Position numbers and translations under genes: made by a program. From Tubiluchus corallicola (Eukaryota; Animalia; Priapulida): 64,000 nucleotides of DNA. Location of the stretch: NCBI GenBank assembly GCA_030141605.1, contig JAQGDQ010000581.1:62001-126000 (forward strand). The letters run 5' to 3'. This document shows positions 22,588 through 34,800 of this stretch, in pieces. Numbering within the stretch: the first letter of the stretch is position 1; each line of letters begins with the position of its first letter. The notes under the pieces were generated by a model. The model did no database searches, was not told the DNA's origin, and worked only from the letters and a program-made list of their open reading frames with translations.

Positions 22588-22709
22588 CGTGAGTGACAAT
22601 TGTTTTACCTAAAATAAAAACAATACATTATTTTTGTACAACATAACATCATTTTATATATTTATATTTATCTTTATATATAATCTTTAGATTTATATAT
22701 AATCTTTAT

Positions 22710-23330
22710 TTGCCATTAAAACACATTGATAATCACTGATAAAAACTTACACTGCTAAAGGCAAATGCATCAGTGCAATCTAAACTACTGTGCAGTAATG
22801 GAAAGTAACGATGAATAAAATCAAACATATTTACAACTATGCACAAAAAAGAAAAAATTATGATTTAATTAATATGGCCGTGGATATATAAATTCTGAAT
22901 TAGTGTGTATGTTGTTGTAACTGGAGAGATGGTATTTCATATCTGGTTAATATTAGTGATTTTAATTTTGTTTTAAATGCTGATAGGGACTTGATTTGTT
23001 TAACCTGTAATGGTAGAGAATTCCAAAGTAGAATTGCTTGTTTAATTATAGAGTTCGTTCCGTAGTGGGTGTTTGTCCTAATTTGTTTTAGATTGTTTGT
23101 ACTGGAATTAACGATAGGATTTGGAAAAAAGGTAAATCTGTTATTCTGGAATGGTTTGCTGATGTTTAACTAGAATGTATTTAAATATAAAAAGCAGAGT
23201 AAAATATTCTTTGTGTGCTTCAATGATTCGGAATTTTAAAGTTTTTCTCCGGGTAGTTGTTGAAGCTTTGAATTTTTGTCTACCTGCCTTACGTTTGTAT
23301 GAGTACCCAACTATCAATAAATTTGCTTGA
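22710..23330 (-). mobile_element. LINE 3' end remnant, same family as 6080-6620; lies in the putative KDM6 5'-UTR intron
   Basis: Near-identical to 6080-6620. Confidence 0.8.
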
Positions 23331-24045
23331 ATTTGCTATCAATAATTTTGCTTGAATTTGGAATCGATTAGACCAAATTATTTTAGTTTTGACTAGGCCA
23401 CCATATTCGATTAAAACAGTTCAAGTTAGATATAGAATTAAAAATTATGTTTTCTAAATAAAAGTATGATTCATCCTCTTTTATCAAAATAATTCTAAAC
23501 TGTTTAAATATTTTAATATATTTAATATAGGCAGTCAATTGGCTGATTAACTGATACATTTTTACCAATATTCTAGCTTAAACCATGAAATACTGTTATT
23601 CATATTAATGCTATTTTATTAAATACTAAATGGTATTGTAGGTGCGGTCGCGCAAAAATGAGAATTCCTTTCCTATTATGTTTGAGTGGAAAATGCCTAT
23701 CAAAACAATTCAAACGCAGGTCTCTGCCTTCAAACCCAGGTCTCTGTTCGTCAAGATGCGAACATTCTCTGATGTGAAGTATCACAGGAGTGTTCATTCA
23801 GTCCAGCGTATAATGAAGGATTATTTCTTTACATATTCGTATTGTAGTCGACGCTTTAGCGTCATCTTCCAAAAACATGTCGTAAGTTTAAGTCGATCCC
23901 AAAAAATTTCACCTTAAAATCGCCTCCCAAAAATTCGACTTGTACATAAGTATATACGTTTTTTTTATTTGATAAGACAATTTCATGAATTCACTTCACT
24001 TTTCACTCTTGGCTCACAGACTTCACTTACAAATTTGGTGCATAC

Positions 24046-24120
24046 CTGTCTACTTATATAATGCTACGTAACTGAGCTGTAACTATTCACTAATCTCCGA
24101 CAAAAATGACGCCATCGTAA
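24046..24120 (-). promoter_or_regulatory. Candidate non-coding first exon / TSS region of KDM6
   Basis: Minus-strand GATGGCGTC (YY1-like) near 24108-24116 and donor CAG|GTATG at 24045, which would pair with the acceptor just upstream of the KDM6 ATG. Confidence 0.45.
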
Positions 24121-24161
24121 CATCAACATCAAACACATCATAACCAACTTGTCCCACACTT

Positions 24162-24345
24162 CAGGGATGAGAATGACAAATTGCAAAAAACTCCGAAACA
24201 GGCCGGGGGTTTGGGGGCCGCGTAGACCATAGAGAACCTCAAAGAGGACTTAAAATATCAATTACCTTGTTTCGTGGATAATTTAAAATACCCAACTATC
24301 AAGGATACATGATACCTAATTGTCTCAAAAACGCCTAAGTACTGG
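24162..24345 (+). repeat. Interspersed repeat (longer copy at 40801-41040)
   Basis: Both start CAGGGATGAGAATGACAAATTGCAAAAAACTC and share the downstream sequence to AAAACGCCTAAGTAC. Confidence 0.8.
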
Positions 24346-26589
24346 CCGCTCCTGTGCAAAAGTATATAAAAACTGTCTGCAATTGACTCAAATAACTCCG
24401 CACAATTGATTCTATATTTTTATACATAGAGATTTACACGTGGTTACACTGATGTACATGATGTAAACAAAGTGATGGCCTGCCAACTAGCGGTCAGCTT
24501 GTGAGATAATGAAGATGAAGATAGTCTTCTAGTTGTCTTATTCATTTTGAGATTAAAATTCTCAATAAACGAATCGAACTTTGAAATTTCGCTGGAACAA
24601 TTTACAATACATATTCAAAGTTAAACTTTCAAAACTATGTGCGGCTTAGTGAATCTACTAAGATTGGCAACAGCGCTTTTTGTCACATTCGCGTGGCCGA
24701 CAAATAGAGGGCGGTACTGTGATAAGCATGATCATGAACTTCAGGGTTAGTTTCTGATGTCAGAGGACATAGAGCCTATTTTCATGACATCCTGTATTTA
24801 AGTAGTAGCACTTATGCAAACATGCTTAACGTGCAAGGGAAGATGCCTGCCATTGCACAAACTGTGGTTAGTTTCTGACATAAGCAATAGCTGTTTTCGG
24901 TTGCCGTTAATTAACGTTCTAAACTAATTATTCAAATATAAGGAACAATTGTTAACTTTTATAGGCAAGAAAATGTATATTTTGGACAGTAAAATTAAAA
25001 TAAGATTGAGTCTAAACAATTGTCCGATTTTCCTTTAAAGCTCAATTAATCCCTGCATTTAAAAGGGCACACACATTAGTAAAATAAAGCACAAATTTCA
25101 CTTGTGGGCAAAAAATAATGGGCAAATGCATAACTGTAATTGCCCACACGGAAGTAATTCATTTTATCGATAACCTTTCGCGATCTTTCTCAAATCAATT
25201 CATTTAATTCCGCTGGCAAAATGTAATGAAAATTTTAAAACTTTTATTTTAAGATGAGAATATGGCAAGAGTTTCTAAAAAAAAATAATTTATTATTGCT
25301 GCAAAATTTTGATCTTATATCGGGCACTGTCAGTGGTAAAAGACTCTTGCACTTCTAAGTAGGCTTAATGAATTGTCTCATGTGCAATTAATAATTTCAT
25401 TATTAAAGTCTTACGTAAAAATTTGCAAAATGTGGTATTTCTTCAAGGTAGTACTAGTGATGTGATTAAAACTCACTGGCACCCCAAAATGCTCGCAAAA
25501 CATGTAAAGGAATTACAAGTAAAAAAAGCTTATACATTCTTACTTTTATATTGTTATTACTGATACTAATTTTGCTATAAAGCTTTCAAAAATAAAATTA
25601 TAAATTTGTTAGTGATGTACAGCTACAGATTATAATTTGTGTGACAAACTTTATCATAACGCCAGACTCTTTCCATTGAATTAGTCACAACTTTATTAAA
25701 TTTGAAGTAAGTGACAATGAATTTATGAAATACGTTTGTAACTTTCCTTTAAAGCCTAGGTGCACCCTGTGCTCCTGCTCGCTTAGTCCTAAAAGTAAAA
25801 CTCCTTGCGCCTGTCAAAGACTCAAAGACAATTGTGATGGCATTATCCATACACTTCATTTCAGTGACTTATGTCATTAGCTCCATAATGACTTTAAGCT
25901 ATTATTAATTTACATTTTTGTCAGTAAAATTACACACAAATAAATAAAAACAAAACTTAATTCAACGTGATAATATCTTACTAAAGCTCGGATCAATATT
26001 CGTTTCACTTGAAAAAGAAAAAAGTCAATTTAAATACCTCATAAATTACTGTGGTTATATCACTCGTGGCAACAAATCAACATGCTCGGCGGGAGGATAA
26101 TAATGATCGCCAGTTATTTCAAAAAGGGCTTTGAAAATCACCTTAACAATGCAGACATGGCCACCACCATTATTATTGTGCGACATCACACCGCTAAAAA
26201 TTAAAAGATCGACGCGACATTTATGTTAACACGGACAGATTTGCCAACGACTATGTCGGTTTCTGTCCAGTGTCCTTTGCATACAGCTGGTTGCCACTTT
26301 TCATTTAGTCCCTAGTGATGATACCGTAAGTGCATAACGGTCTGCAGAGCGAATGACTTCTTGTTGTTTGTTCATTATCTACATGTAAGCGAAAACTGCA
26401 ATTGAAACTTCACAGCCCTTTTTAGACCTCTTACGGACAACAAATAAATAAAATTGCAGCGAACAATAATACGACATTATTTGTATAAACTATTTAACAT
26501 TTTTAGTAATTCTCTAATAAAAATAGTGTCGCACACCAATATTCATCTTAGAAGCACAGACAAGATATGATCCAGGCATTTAGAATCCT

Positions 26590-27030
26590 CAAGGGTGTTG
26601 ACTGAATAGACTGCAACAATTAAAATATTTGTACGCCAGATACGCCATAGGTCAAGAAGACATTCACCTAAAATCAATACGAAGTCTTTCTCAAAATGGG
26701 ATGAAGACAAAATTTCTTTGCAGCTCGTGTTTTAAGCGCCTGGAATAAGATTTCTGTGTATGTAGTGAACCCTTCTTCAGTTTCTCAATTTAGGGCTCAA
26801 TTAGATCAACTCTGGGGCAATCATCCAGAGAAACATATTGATCCTAGACTTCCACAATGGCAGCAAGCCGCTTGAATTTTTGAGAAACCTAACATCGTAC
26901 AAATAACACACTGATACTATCTTCCACATCGCCTTGTTAGTGCTGCCACCTACTAAAATATTTAACATTAATAAAGCATCCAGAGAAGATTGGAGGGGTA
27001 AAACGGCAATTTATGCTTAACCTCTACCCA
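26590..27030 (+). mobile_element. Decayed CR1-like LINE 3' end
   Basis: Parallels the 3' end of the 47.8-49.6 kb LINE, including TTTATGCTTAACCTCTA. Confidence 0.6.
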
Positions 27031-27448
27031 TGCTGTAAGTAAAATGCCCAACAACTTTGAATTTTTGTTGGCTTAACAATTACAAAGACATTGTTTAGTT
27101 TAATTTGGTTTATGTTATTTGGCACAACCATAATAATGTAAATATGGTGAAATGTATATAATAAAGTTTATTAAAGTATTATTATTGATTATTAAATTAT
27201 GGGAACCATATTTATAGTGACACACTCCGTCATTTAATTTCTTTTTTGAATAAGTTCGGGTAAACCTGAAAAATAAAATAATACTGCATTTAATTCTCAT
27301 CACTTCAAGCTTATGTTAGTTTATTCAAAGTAACAACTCATGTACATTCTTCTGTGTAAACTTCTAAAATCACCATGTTTAATTGGGTGATCTATTGCAG
27401 TGATTGCAAAAATATACTGATAACTCACATTCTGGCAATTATAATATA

Positions 27449-28589
27449 CAGTCAACCTCGGGTATAAGGTACTTGCTCATACGGGACCACCAACACCGGT
27501 CCTGATTTTTCGTAACGTTTTTCCTTATAAAAATCTTCGTATATACGGTACTCGGATATAAGGGACATTCGCTTATAAGAGACCACCAACACCGGTCCTG
27601 ATTTTTCGTAACGTTTTTCCTTATAAAAATCTTCGTATATACGGTACTCGGATATAAGGGACATTCGCTTATAAGAGACCACCAACACCGGTCCTGATTT
27701 TTCGTAACGTTTTTCCTTATAAAAATCTTCGTATATACGGTACTCGGATATAAGGGACATTCGCTTATAAGAGACCACCAACACCGGTCCCGATTTTTCG
27801 TAACGTTTTTCCTTATAAAAATCTTCGTATATATGGTACTCGGATATAAGGAACACTCACTTATAAGGGACCACCAACACCGGTCCCGATTTTTCGTAAC
27901 GTTTTTCCTTATAAAAATCTTCGTATATACGGTACTCGGATATAAGGGACATTCGCTTATAAGAGACCACCAACACCGGTCCCGATTTTTCGTAACGTTT
28001 TTCCTTATAAAAATCTTTGCATATACGGTACTCGGATATAAGGGACATTCGCTTATAAGAGACCACCAACACCGGTCCCGATTTTTCGTAACGTTTTTCC
28101 TTATAAAAATCTTCGTATATATGGTACTCGGATATAAGGAACACTCACTTATAAGGGACCACCAACACCAGTCCCGATTTTTCGTAACGTTTTTCCTTAT
28201 AAAAATCTTCATATATAAGGTACTCTGATATATGGGACTTTCGTTTATAAAGGACAATATCTTCAGGTCCCGCGTAATGGAAACCCAGGTAAATTACCTC
28301 GCGTATAAGGGACCCTATCACCAAATATTTTTTATATCCTAAAAAACCTATGCCGAGAGCCCGCGCGGGCCAGACTGTATGGACTACGGTCAGTTCTTGT
28401 GGTTGTAATGATGTGAATAACTAGATGAAAATATAAAAAAATAAAACATCGCTAAAGCGAAATTGATCGATTTTTAACCTCAATTTTCCGCAAACTCGGC
28501 CTTCGAACAGCTCGGTTTCCGGGACTTAACTTCGGCTATAAGGGACATCGGATATAAGGGACGATTTTTTCCGGTCCAGAGGTTGACTG
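27449..28589. mobile_element. Tc1/pogo-type MITE carrying an internal 96-bp x ~8 tandem array (27464-28250)
   Basis: TA|CAGTCAACCTC ... GAGGTTGACTG|TA. CCAACACCGGTCC recurs every 96 bp (27490, 27586, ...). Confidence 0.9.
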
Positions 28590-28955
28590 TAATGCAAAAA
28601 TTAGAGTTCATGAATTTTTGTAATCATATACTGGACAACCGTGGATGCACAAAATATCATCAAAACCGGTGCTACAGTAAAACAAGACTACTTCAGTTTA
28701 TTCACGTTCTTTTACATTTATAAATAAAATGCAGAAAATGACAAAAATGTATTCACATGTAGTATTTTTGCATGTTAAAATAACAAAAGTTGGCATACTT
28801 ATAATTACAACTCATAACAAGTGCAGCACTATGTGTAATTTCATCTTAATAAAACCAATTAAAATTCACTAAGCAGCACTTGTGCCATCTGTTGAGCAGA
28901 AAAATAAATAAAAGAAAAGTTTGCTATATAAACATAGCAAATTAACTAACTACGG

Positions 28956-29437
28956 CAGGGGTGTGCAAATTATCTGACTAGCCGGGCCACATTAAACTTT
29001 CCCGCAATTCCTGCGGGCCACAGGCAGTTTGATCAAGGAGCCAAGTACAGAAAGGCCTAATAACGATTTTTTTGCATCCGACCTGCGTACATCATTACTA
29101 CTACACTCAAGAAACTATTTTAGAAGTTATTAAAATTTATATTACAAACCATATATTTCTACTTTCAGGACAGATAGTGGTAATTTCATTACAATGCATA
29201 TTAGTAATGTGTATCACACAGTCCGTGTAGTACAGTGACATTAAGCTACAACCGTCTTGTAAGGGTTAATGGCATCTGATCTAGTAGAAAAAACTACCCG
29301 CACTATCTTTGGGATCGTGGCACGCACCTCAGCTGGATACACTCAATTAATCGCCTGGGCCGCACTTTCATCAGGTTGACAAATCTCTTCACGGGCTACA
29401 CAAATTCTCTCGGCGGGCCGCAATTTGCACACCCCTG
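28956..29437 (+). mobile_element. hAT-type MITE, family A copy 2
   Basis: Same TIRs and body as 9573-10072; TSD AACTACGG/AACTAGGG (7/8). Confidence 0.92.
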
Positions 29438-30263
29438 AACTAGGGCATTATTTTGCACCAATAACACCAATGACAAATATGTAATTACAGTAAAAGGTTA
29501 AAAACAGGTAAACAGAAAAAGGAGAAAAAATGTAAATTGATTTATGCAAAAATAAATCATCAACAGTATCAAATATGGTTGGATTAAACAACAAACACAA
29601 CCAGGGAAACCTTTTTTTAGCATAAACTTATCTCGAGATTCATCAAATTCGTGAAATTAATGCGTCAAAGATCACCACACAATCTTGGACGGCTGTCACA
29701 AATGGACGGCTAAAGACAATCATTATCGGCAACCGTTTCATTTTTTATAACGACTCCAGTAACAAGGGGTGAGCATTCTCTATCGGAAAGTGAATTCAAT
29801 TCAAATCTAATTTTTGACTTTCGAACTCGAATCAAACCAAATTTCAAGATGTCAAATCTGAATTGATGTCGAATTCAGTTTTAAAGTTTTTCGAAAAACA
29901 TTTTCGTACTGTTAACAAAAAACAATCTCGCAAAGATATTGCATATTGCTCGACTTTGTTCTGCAGTAAAAACACTAATAATTTGTTTAAAAGTTGAGCA
30001 CAAAAATCACAGCTAAATTGTGCTGACTGATGTTTCAAACGTTTTAATGATAGAAAATGTACGTAACTGAAGTGTTGAATTATTAAAAATACATAATATT
30101 AGATTTGAATTAAGTTCAAATTAAAAAACTCATTCGAATCGAAGCTTTCTAAGTTCAATGCCATTCCTGTCAGTAAATACCTAAAAATATTTTCTGTTAC
30201 TGAAATTTAAAAGTACAAAGAGAGTACCACTCTCTTCACGTCGCAAATACTCGGGTGTTTATA

Positions 30264-31050
30264 CAGTAGACACTGCTTAATACCATCAATTACCGATAGT
30301 GTTTATGTATATTTGAATAGAATTGGCCCGTTCCAGGCGGTTTTGAGTCAGTTACCCTTATAGGGTCACCGGGCGGGGGGGGGGTTGTTAAAAAATTACC
30401 AATCCACTAGTTTTTTGCATTTTACCCTTTTACCATATGCATCCCAGTAAACCTTTTCTATGACTTTTTCTAAATATGTTTTGTGCACAAATTACATTCA
30501 GTTATTTATTTTAGGCGCATTGTCTCACCACGAAATAAAAGTGAAAATATAATATGTCGATTTTTTAAAATTGACGAAACTTTACTTCGCTTGTCTATAC
30601 ATTATAGGAGCGATGTATCTGATAAAACAAAATGTCAGACGTCTGTATGCTGATGTAGAACTAGTCTACTCACAACTACAAAGACAATCAGATCACAAAC
30701 TCAGTCACTCAATAACAATGATTTTTGCACACGCGCTTGCAATGTCGGTTGTCTACAGTTATTCCAGCACGGATAAGGGAACGTAACTAAGTGAATTTAA
30801 AGTTCGTATTACTAGTAAGTCACATCTTTAAGCAGAGGTATAATGTATCCTATGGTGGTCAGCATAACCACAAATTATGCTGTTGCTGTTTATTAATGAA
30901 ACACGGCGGTTTATCAAAAGTAATTTACAAATTATGGTGGGAGTAATTTTTTACCCCCTGGTTACCAAAATCGGTTGTAAAAAATCGTGACCCTATAAGA
31001 GTTAAGCGATTGAGTCTATTAACCGTGAGTCTATTAGGCGGCGCCTACTG
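30264..31050. mobile_element. pogo/Tigger-like MITE with a nested piggyBac-like MITE (30355-31001)
   Basis: Outer element: TA|CAGTAG ... CTACTG|TA. Inner element: CCCTTATAGGGTCAC ... GTGACCCTATAAGAG followed by TTAA (left TTAA imperfect). Confidence 0.7.
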
Positions 31051-31183
31051 TACATGGATTTCTCGAGCGACAGTTTTAATTTGACTAGCATTAATTAAGT
31101 TTCATGTAATTCTCGACAACAAGTGCGAGCGGGTAATGGACGGTTGAGTTTTGGTCAGTGAAAGCTGGTCAGTGAAAGTAGTT

Positions 31184-31287
31184 CTAACGCTTGTTGACTT
31201 CCTGTAACACTTGACCTTCATCATCGCTGTCATCAGTATCATCCAAATCTGCCACCACATCCGAATCTTTGCTCTTCGCGCCAGGAG
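31184..31287 (-). CDS. CIBAR1: FAM92/CIBAR last coding exon (acidic tail)
   Basis: tttattctag|, phase 1, PGAKSKDSDVVADLDDTDDSDDEGQVLQEVNKR-TAG. Confidence 0.75.
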
Positions 31288-31818
31288 CTAGAATAAATGA
31301 TTCAGCACGAGTTAGAAAAAACCAAGCCGGCAATAAAAATTACAGAAACAAAAATAAGGAATTTTGAAATGGATGGATAAGCTGGCGAAACACATTTGGT
31401 GAAAATAAAAATAGTACTAATGCAGATGATATACATAAACATATATGCATTTATTTACAGTAGGTGAATCGCTACTATGTGCACTTGATGAGCAAAGTCT
31501 TAAGTAGTTGGATGGGTGACCGGAAGGTCCGATTCTGTAAGTGGATATTTTACCTCACTGTGGGAAGACATGCGTAGTTGCGGACTTCTGCATGTGACAA
31601 AGATGTCCTCTATTGGTCCAGCACAATGAAGACAAATACCCTTGATACTTGATAATGAACTAGTCTCTAATCCCGCCACACCCATAAATTTCTGTAATCT
31701 CTGCAGCTGAGTGCTTATCACCATCAGCATCAATTCATTATCATTGTCAACACCATCACCATTGTCATCAGCATTAATATCACCATCGTTGTCATCATTA
31801 TCATCATCGTCGTCATCG

Positions 31819-31863
<45 letters not shown>

Positions 31864-34800
31864 ACAACAACAACATCTTCCTTATCATTTTCTCGCATCT
31901 GTTTGCTTCACTCCATTTAACGTATTTTTTAGTTGTTGTTTATATCATTAATTAAGTGTTATCCAAGTTGAGCGAAGCTCATAAGTTAATTTCTTCTGCT
32001 GCGCTCATAGCACTGCAATGCATTGTTAATCAGTAATTTTATAACTTTTATTTTTGTATGTGCTAAATGGGTGAATAAATATATCTAAATCTAAATATGG
32101 ATTCTATCTTAAGCGTGCCATACTATATCAAAAAGTATCTTCACATATATGCTTATAAATTAAGCAGCATTGTTGCTTCGTAATTGCTTTAAAGTCTACA
32201 TTTGCTCTCCTGTTATTCACTAAATCATACATCATTTATCTTATTTATTCTACCGCTAGATGGCACCAGCTCATTAACAAGCTTTATAATATTATCATTG
32301 GAAAATGCTATTGAAAATATTTTCCTGCTCAACAGCCACTAACGGAGTGACATAATTGCTTTATTTTGCTTATTTATCCTACCGCTAGATGGCACCAGCT
32401 CATTAACAAGCTTTATAATATGATCATTGGAAAATGCAATTGTAAATATTTTCCTGCTCAACAGCCACTAATGGAGTAACATAATTGCTTTATTTTGCTT
32501 ATTTATCCTACCGCTAGATGGCACCAACCACTAATGGAGTGACATAATTGCTTTATTTTGCTTATTTATCCTACCGCTAGATGGCACCAGCTCATTAACA
32601 AGTTTTATGATATGTTCATTGGAAAATGCAATTGTAATATTTTCCTGCTCAACAGCTACTAATGGAGTAAAATAATTACTTTATTTTGCTTATTTATCCT
32701 ACCGCTAGATGGCACTAGCCACTAATGGAGTGATATAATTGCTTTATTTTCCAACTTGTTCTAAATTTCAGGTCAGTAAATAGAAGACTTGAAAGGTAAA
32801 CCACGAGAAACAACAGCACAAGTTTTGCAGTTTGAACCTTGTTTAATAATGCAAATAATTAAATATGGTATAGGTCTCAAGACTACCCGACTTTTGATCT
32901 GTTCAACATGAAATTGGGGCACAAATCTAGTTTCGTTAGAAATGAAATGTGTCCCTTCTCTTTCAAAATTTTTTTGTTAAAGACGAGTAACACCAATCTC
33001 CTCATCTCCTAAGTAATTGTTGCTCTTTCTCATACTTACTTTTTCTCATAAATTCTTCTATATTACACTTTTTTGATGCTTATTTTTTTCTTTCCATGCT
33101 CTCAGTTTTTAACTTTACTCACTAATCTTGGTCAAATTCACCTGTTAATAAGACCCCATTTGAAACTACTACATATAATAATCATAATTACTAAATAATT
33201 GTATTGTTTTGTTTAGATTTAGGTATCTAACTTTATTATTTTTTGTTTTCAGTTCTTTTTGGATAATTTGTATAATTTATACAGTTTTTATTATTATTTT
33301 TTATTTGTTTTTGTTTTTGTTATCTGCAGATCACCGTTAATTTTTAATATGACTACCGTATTTTCCCATGTATAAGAGACCCTTGTGTATAAGAGACCCC
33401 TTCAATTTTTAGGCAAAAATTCTGGAAAAAAGTTTTTTGGTAATGAATAACTTTATTCATCACATATTGCTTACAACCGCTTCATAGTCGAACGCGACAC
33501 GCCTTGCTTAGGCTGACTCATCTCGTTGACCTCTGCCGACGTATCAATGACGTCGACGGGCATGCAGAGAGCTTATGCAGATGCATTGATTGGCTGCAGA
33601 ACAATCGATTTCTCTCCAATACCAAAGAGACATTTAAAAAAATAATAACTTACCCGGTACATTAATTTTATCATTAGAATTTAGCCATGGAGAAGATTTA
33701 TTGAAAGGAAACTATAATTATTCGAAATAAAACAGTTGTAGAGCACTTATTTCTTTAAAATCATTAGTGTCACAATTTATGCATCTTATTGAAAAGACTT
33801 ACTCCCATGTATAAGAGACCCCCTATTTTTAAAGTGAAAATTCTGAGCAAAAAAGGGTCTCTTATACACGGGAAAATACGGTAATCTATTTATAAGAAAG
33901 AGCAGGAGACTAGATGACCCTATGGTCCTTCCCTGCCCTGCTCCATGATTATAATTACTTAATATTTAAAATACTTTTGATGTTTAACTAATGGGAGAAA
34001 ATAAATGTTCTATGCCACTTTGTGCAATAAGACTGACATAGAACTTTTGGAACAACCAGTAGACTTACAGTTACTCGGCTTGCGAAGAATAGACTGCAGC
34101 TTCCTGGAATCCGTTGAGTTTAACGACGACCTATTGAGCGATGCTCTCGAATCACCCGTGGAATTGGCATGGACCGTCTGTAGTCTATCGGGCAGACTGC
34201 TTATGTTAATGGAGTTGTGAAATTCCTGTAAAAATAATCAAACTTAGAAAAAGTTACCAATCTGTGGCAGAAAATGAAGTTACCATGTTTTAGCAATGTT
34301 GTGCTGATTTGGATTTTATACTGTTGTAATTTAATATGTAAACACCACGCGTAGTGAATTTTTTCTGTAATTTGCTGTAATTCTACACTAATTCTAAATG
34401 AGGAGAACTGATTAATGCTGATTTTTCTTACAAAAATTATGAATGCAAGGCATTTTATTTGGCACTTTGGTGCACGTTAATTTTAGTTTTTTTAAAATCT
34501 TAATTATCAGGACCGCACCATTCAAAATAGTCTTACAAGACCTAAGACTTTTCTACTACGGTATGAGCACAGATATAACTAAATGATTAACAAATTAGGT
34601 ACTGTTCTATTCAAGAGAATACCGGGTATCCCAGCACGCCATAAATGTTTAAACATTTACAAGTGACTTAACTGGACAAAGTTAAGAAGACAAATTAAGG
34701 TCGCTTCATCTTTTAACAGGAATTTGTGTTTAAAAATAGAGTAGACTTGAAGCGAAAGTTTATCAGAGTGTTGTGTCTGGATAGTTGAAATTTTCTGCAT

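Noticed and set aside
11023-22599. Horizontal transfer of the GC-richer intronless genes
   Set aside because: Both proteins belong to typical animal families, and the FAM92 exons are also GC-richer than their introns.
27439-28257. 272-aa repeat protein
   Set aside because: It is the translation of the 96-bp array inside a MITE.
31500-31898. Poly-Asp ORF as an extra FAM92 exon
   Set aside because: It derives from the (ATC)n microsatellite. Candidate acceptors near 31700 give early stops in the required phase.
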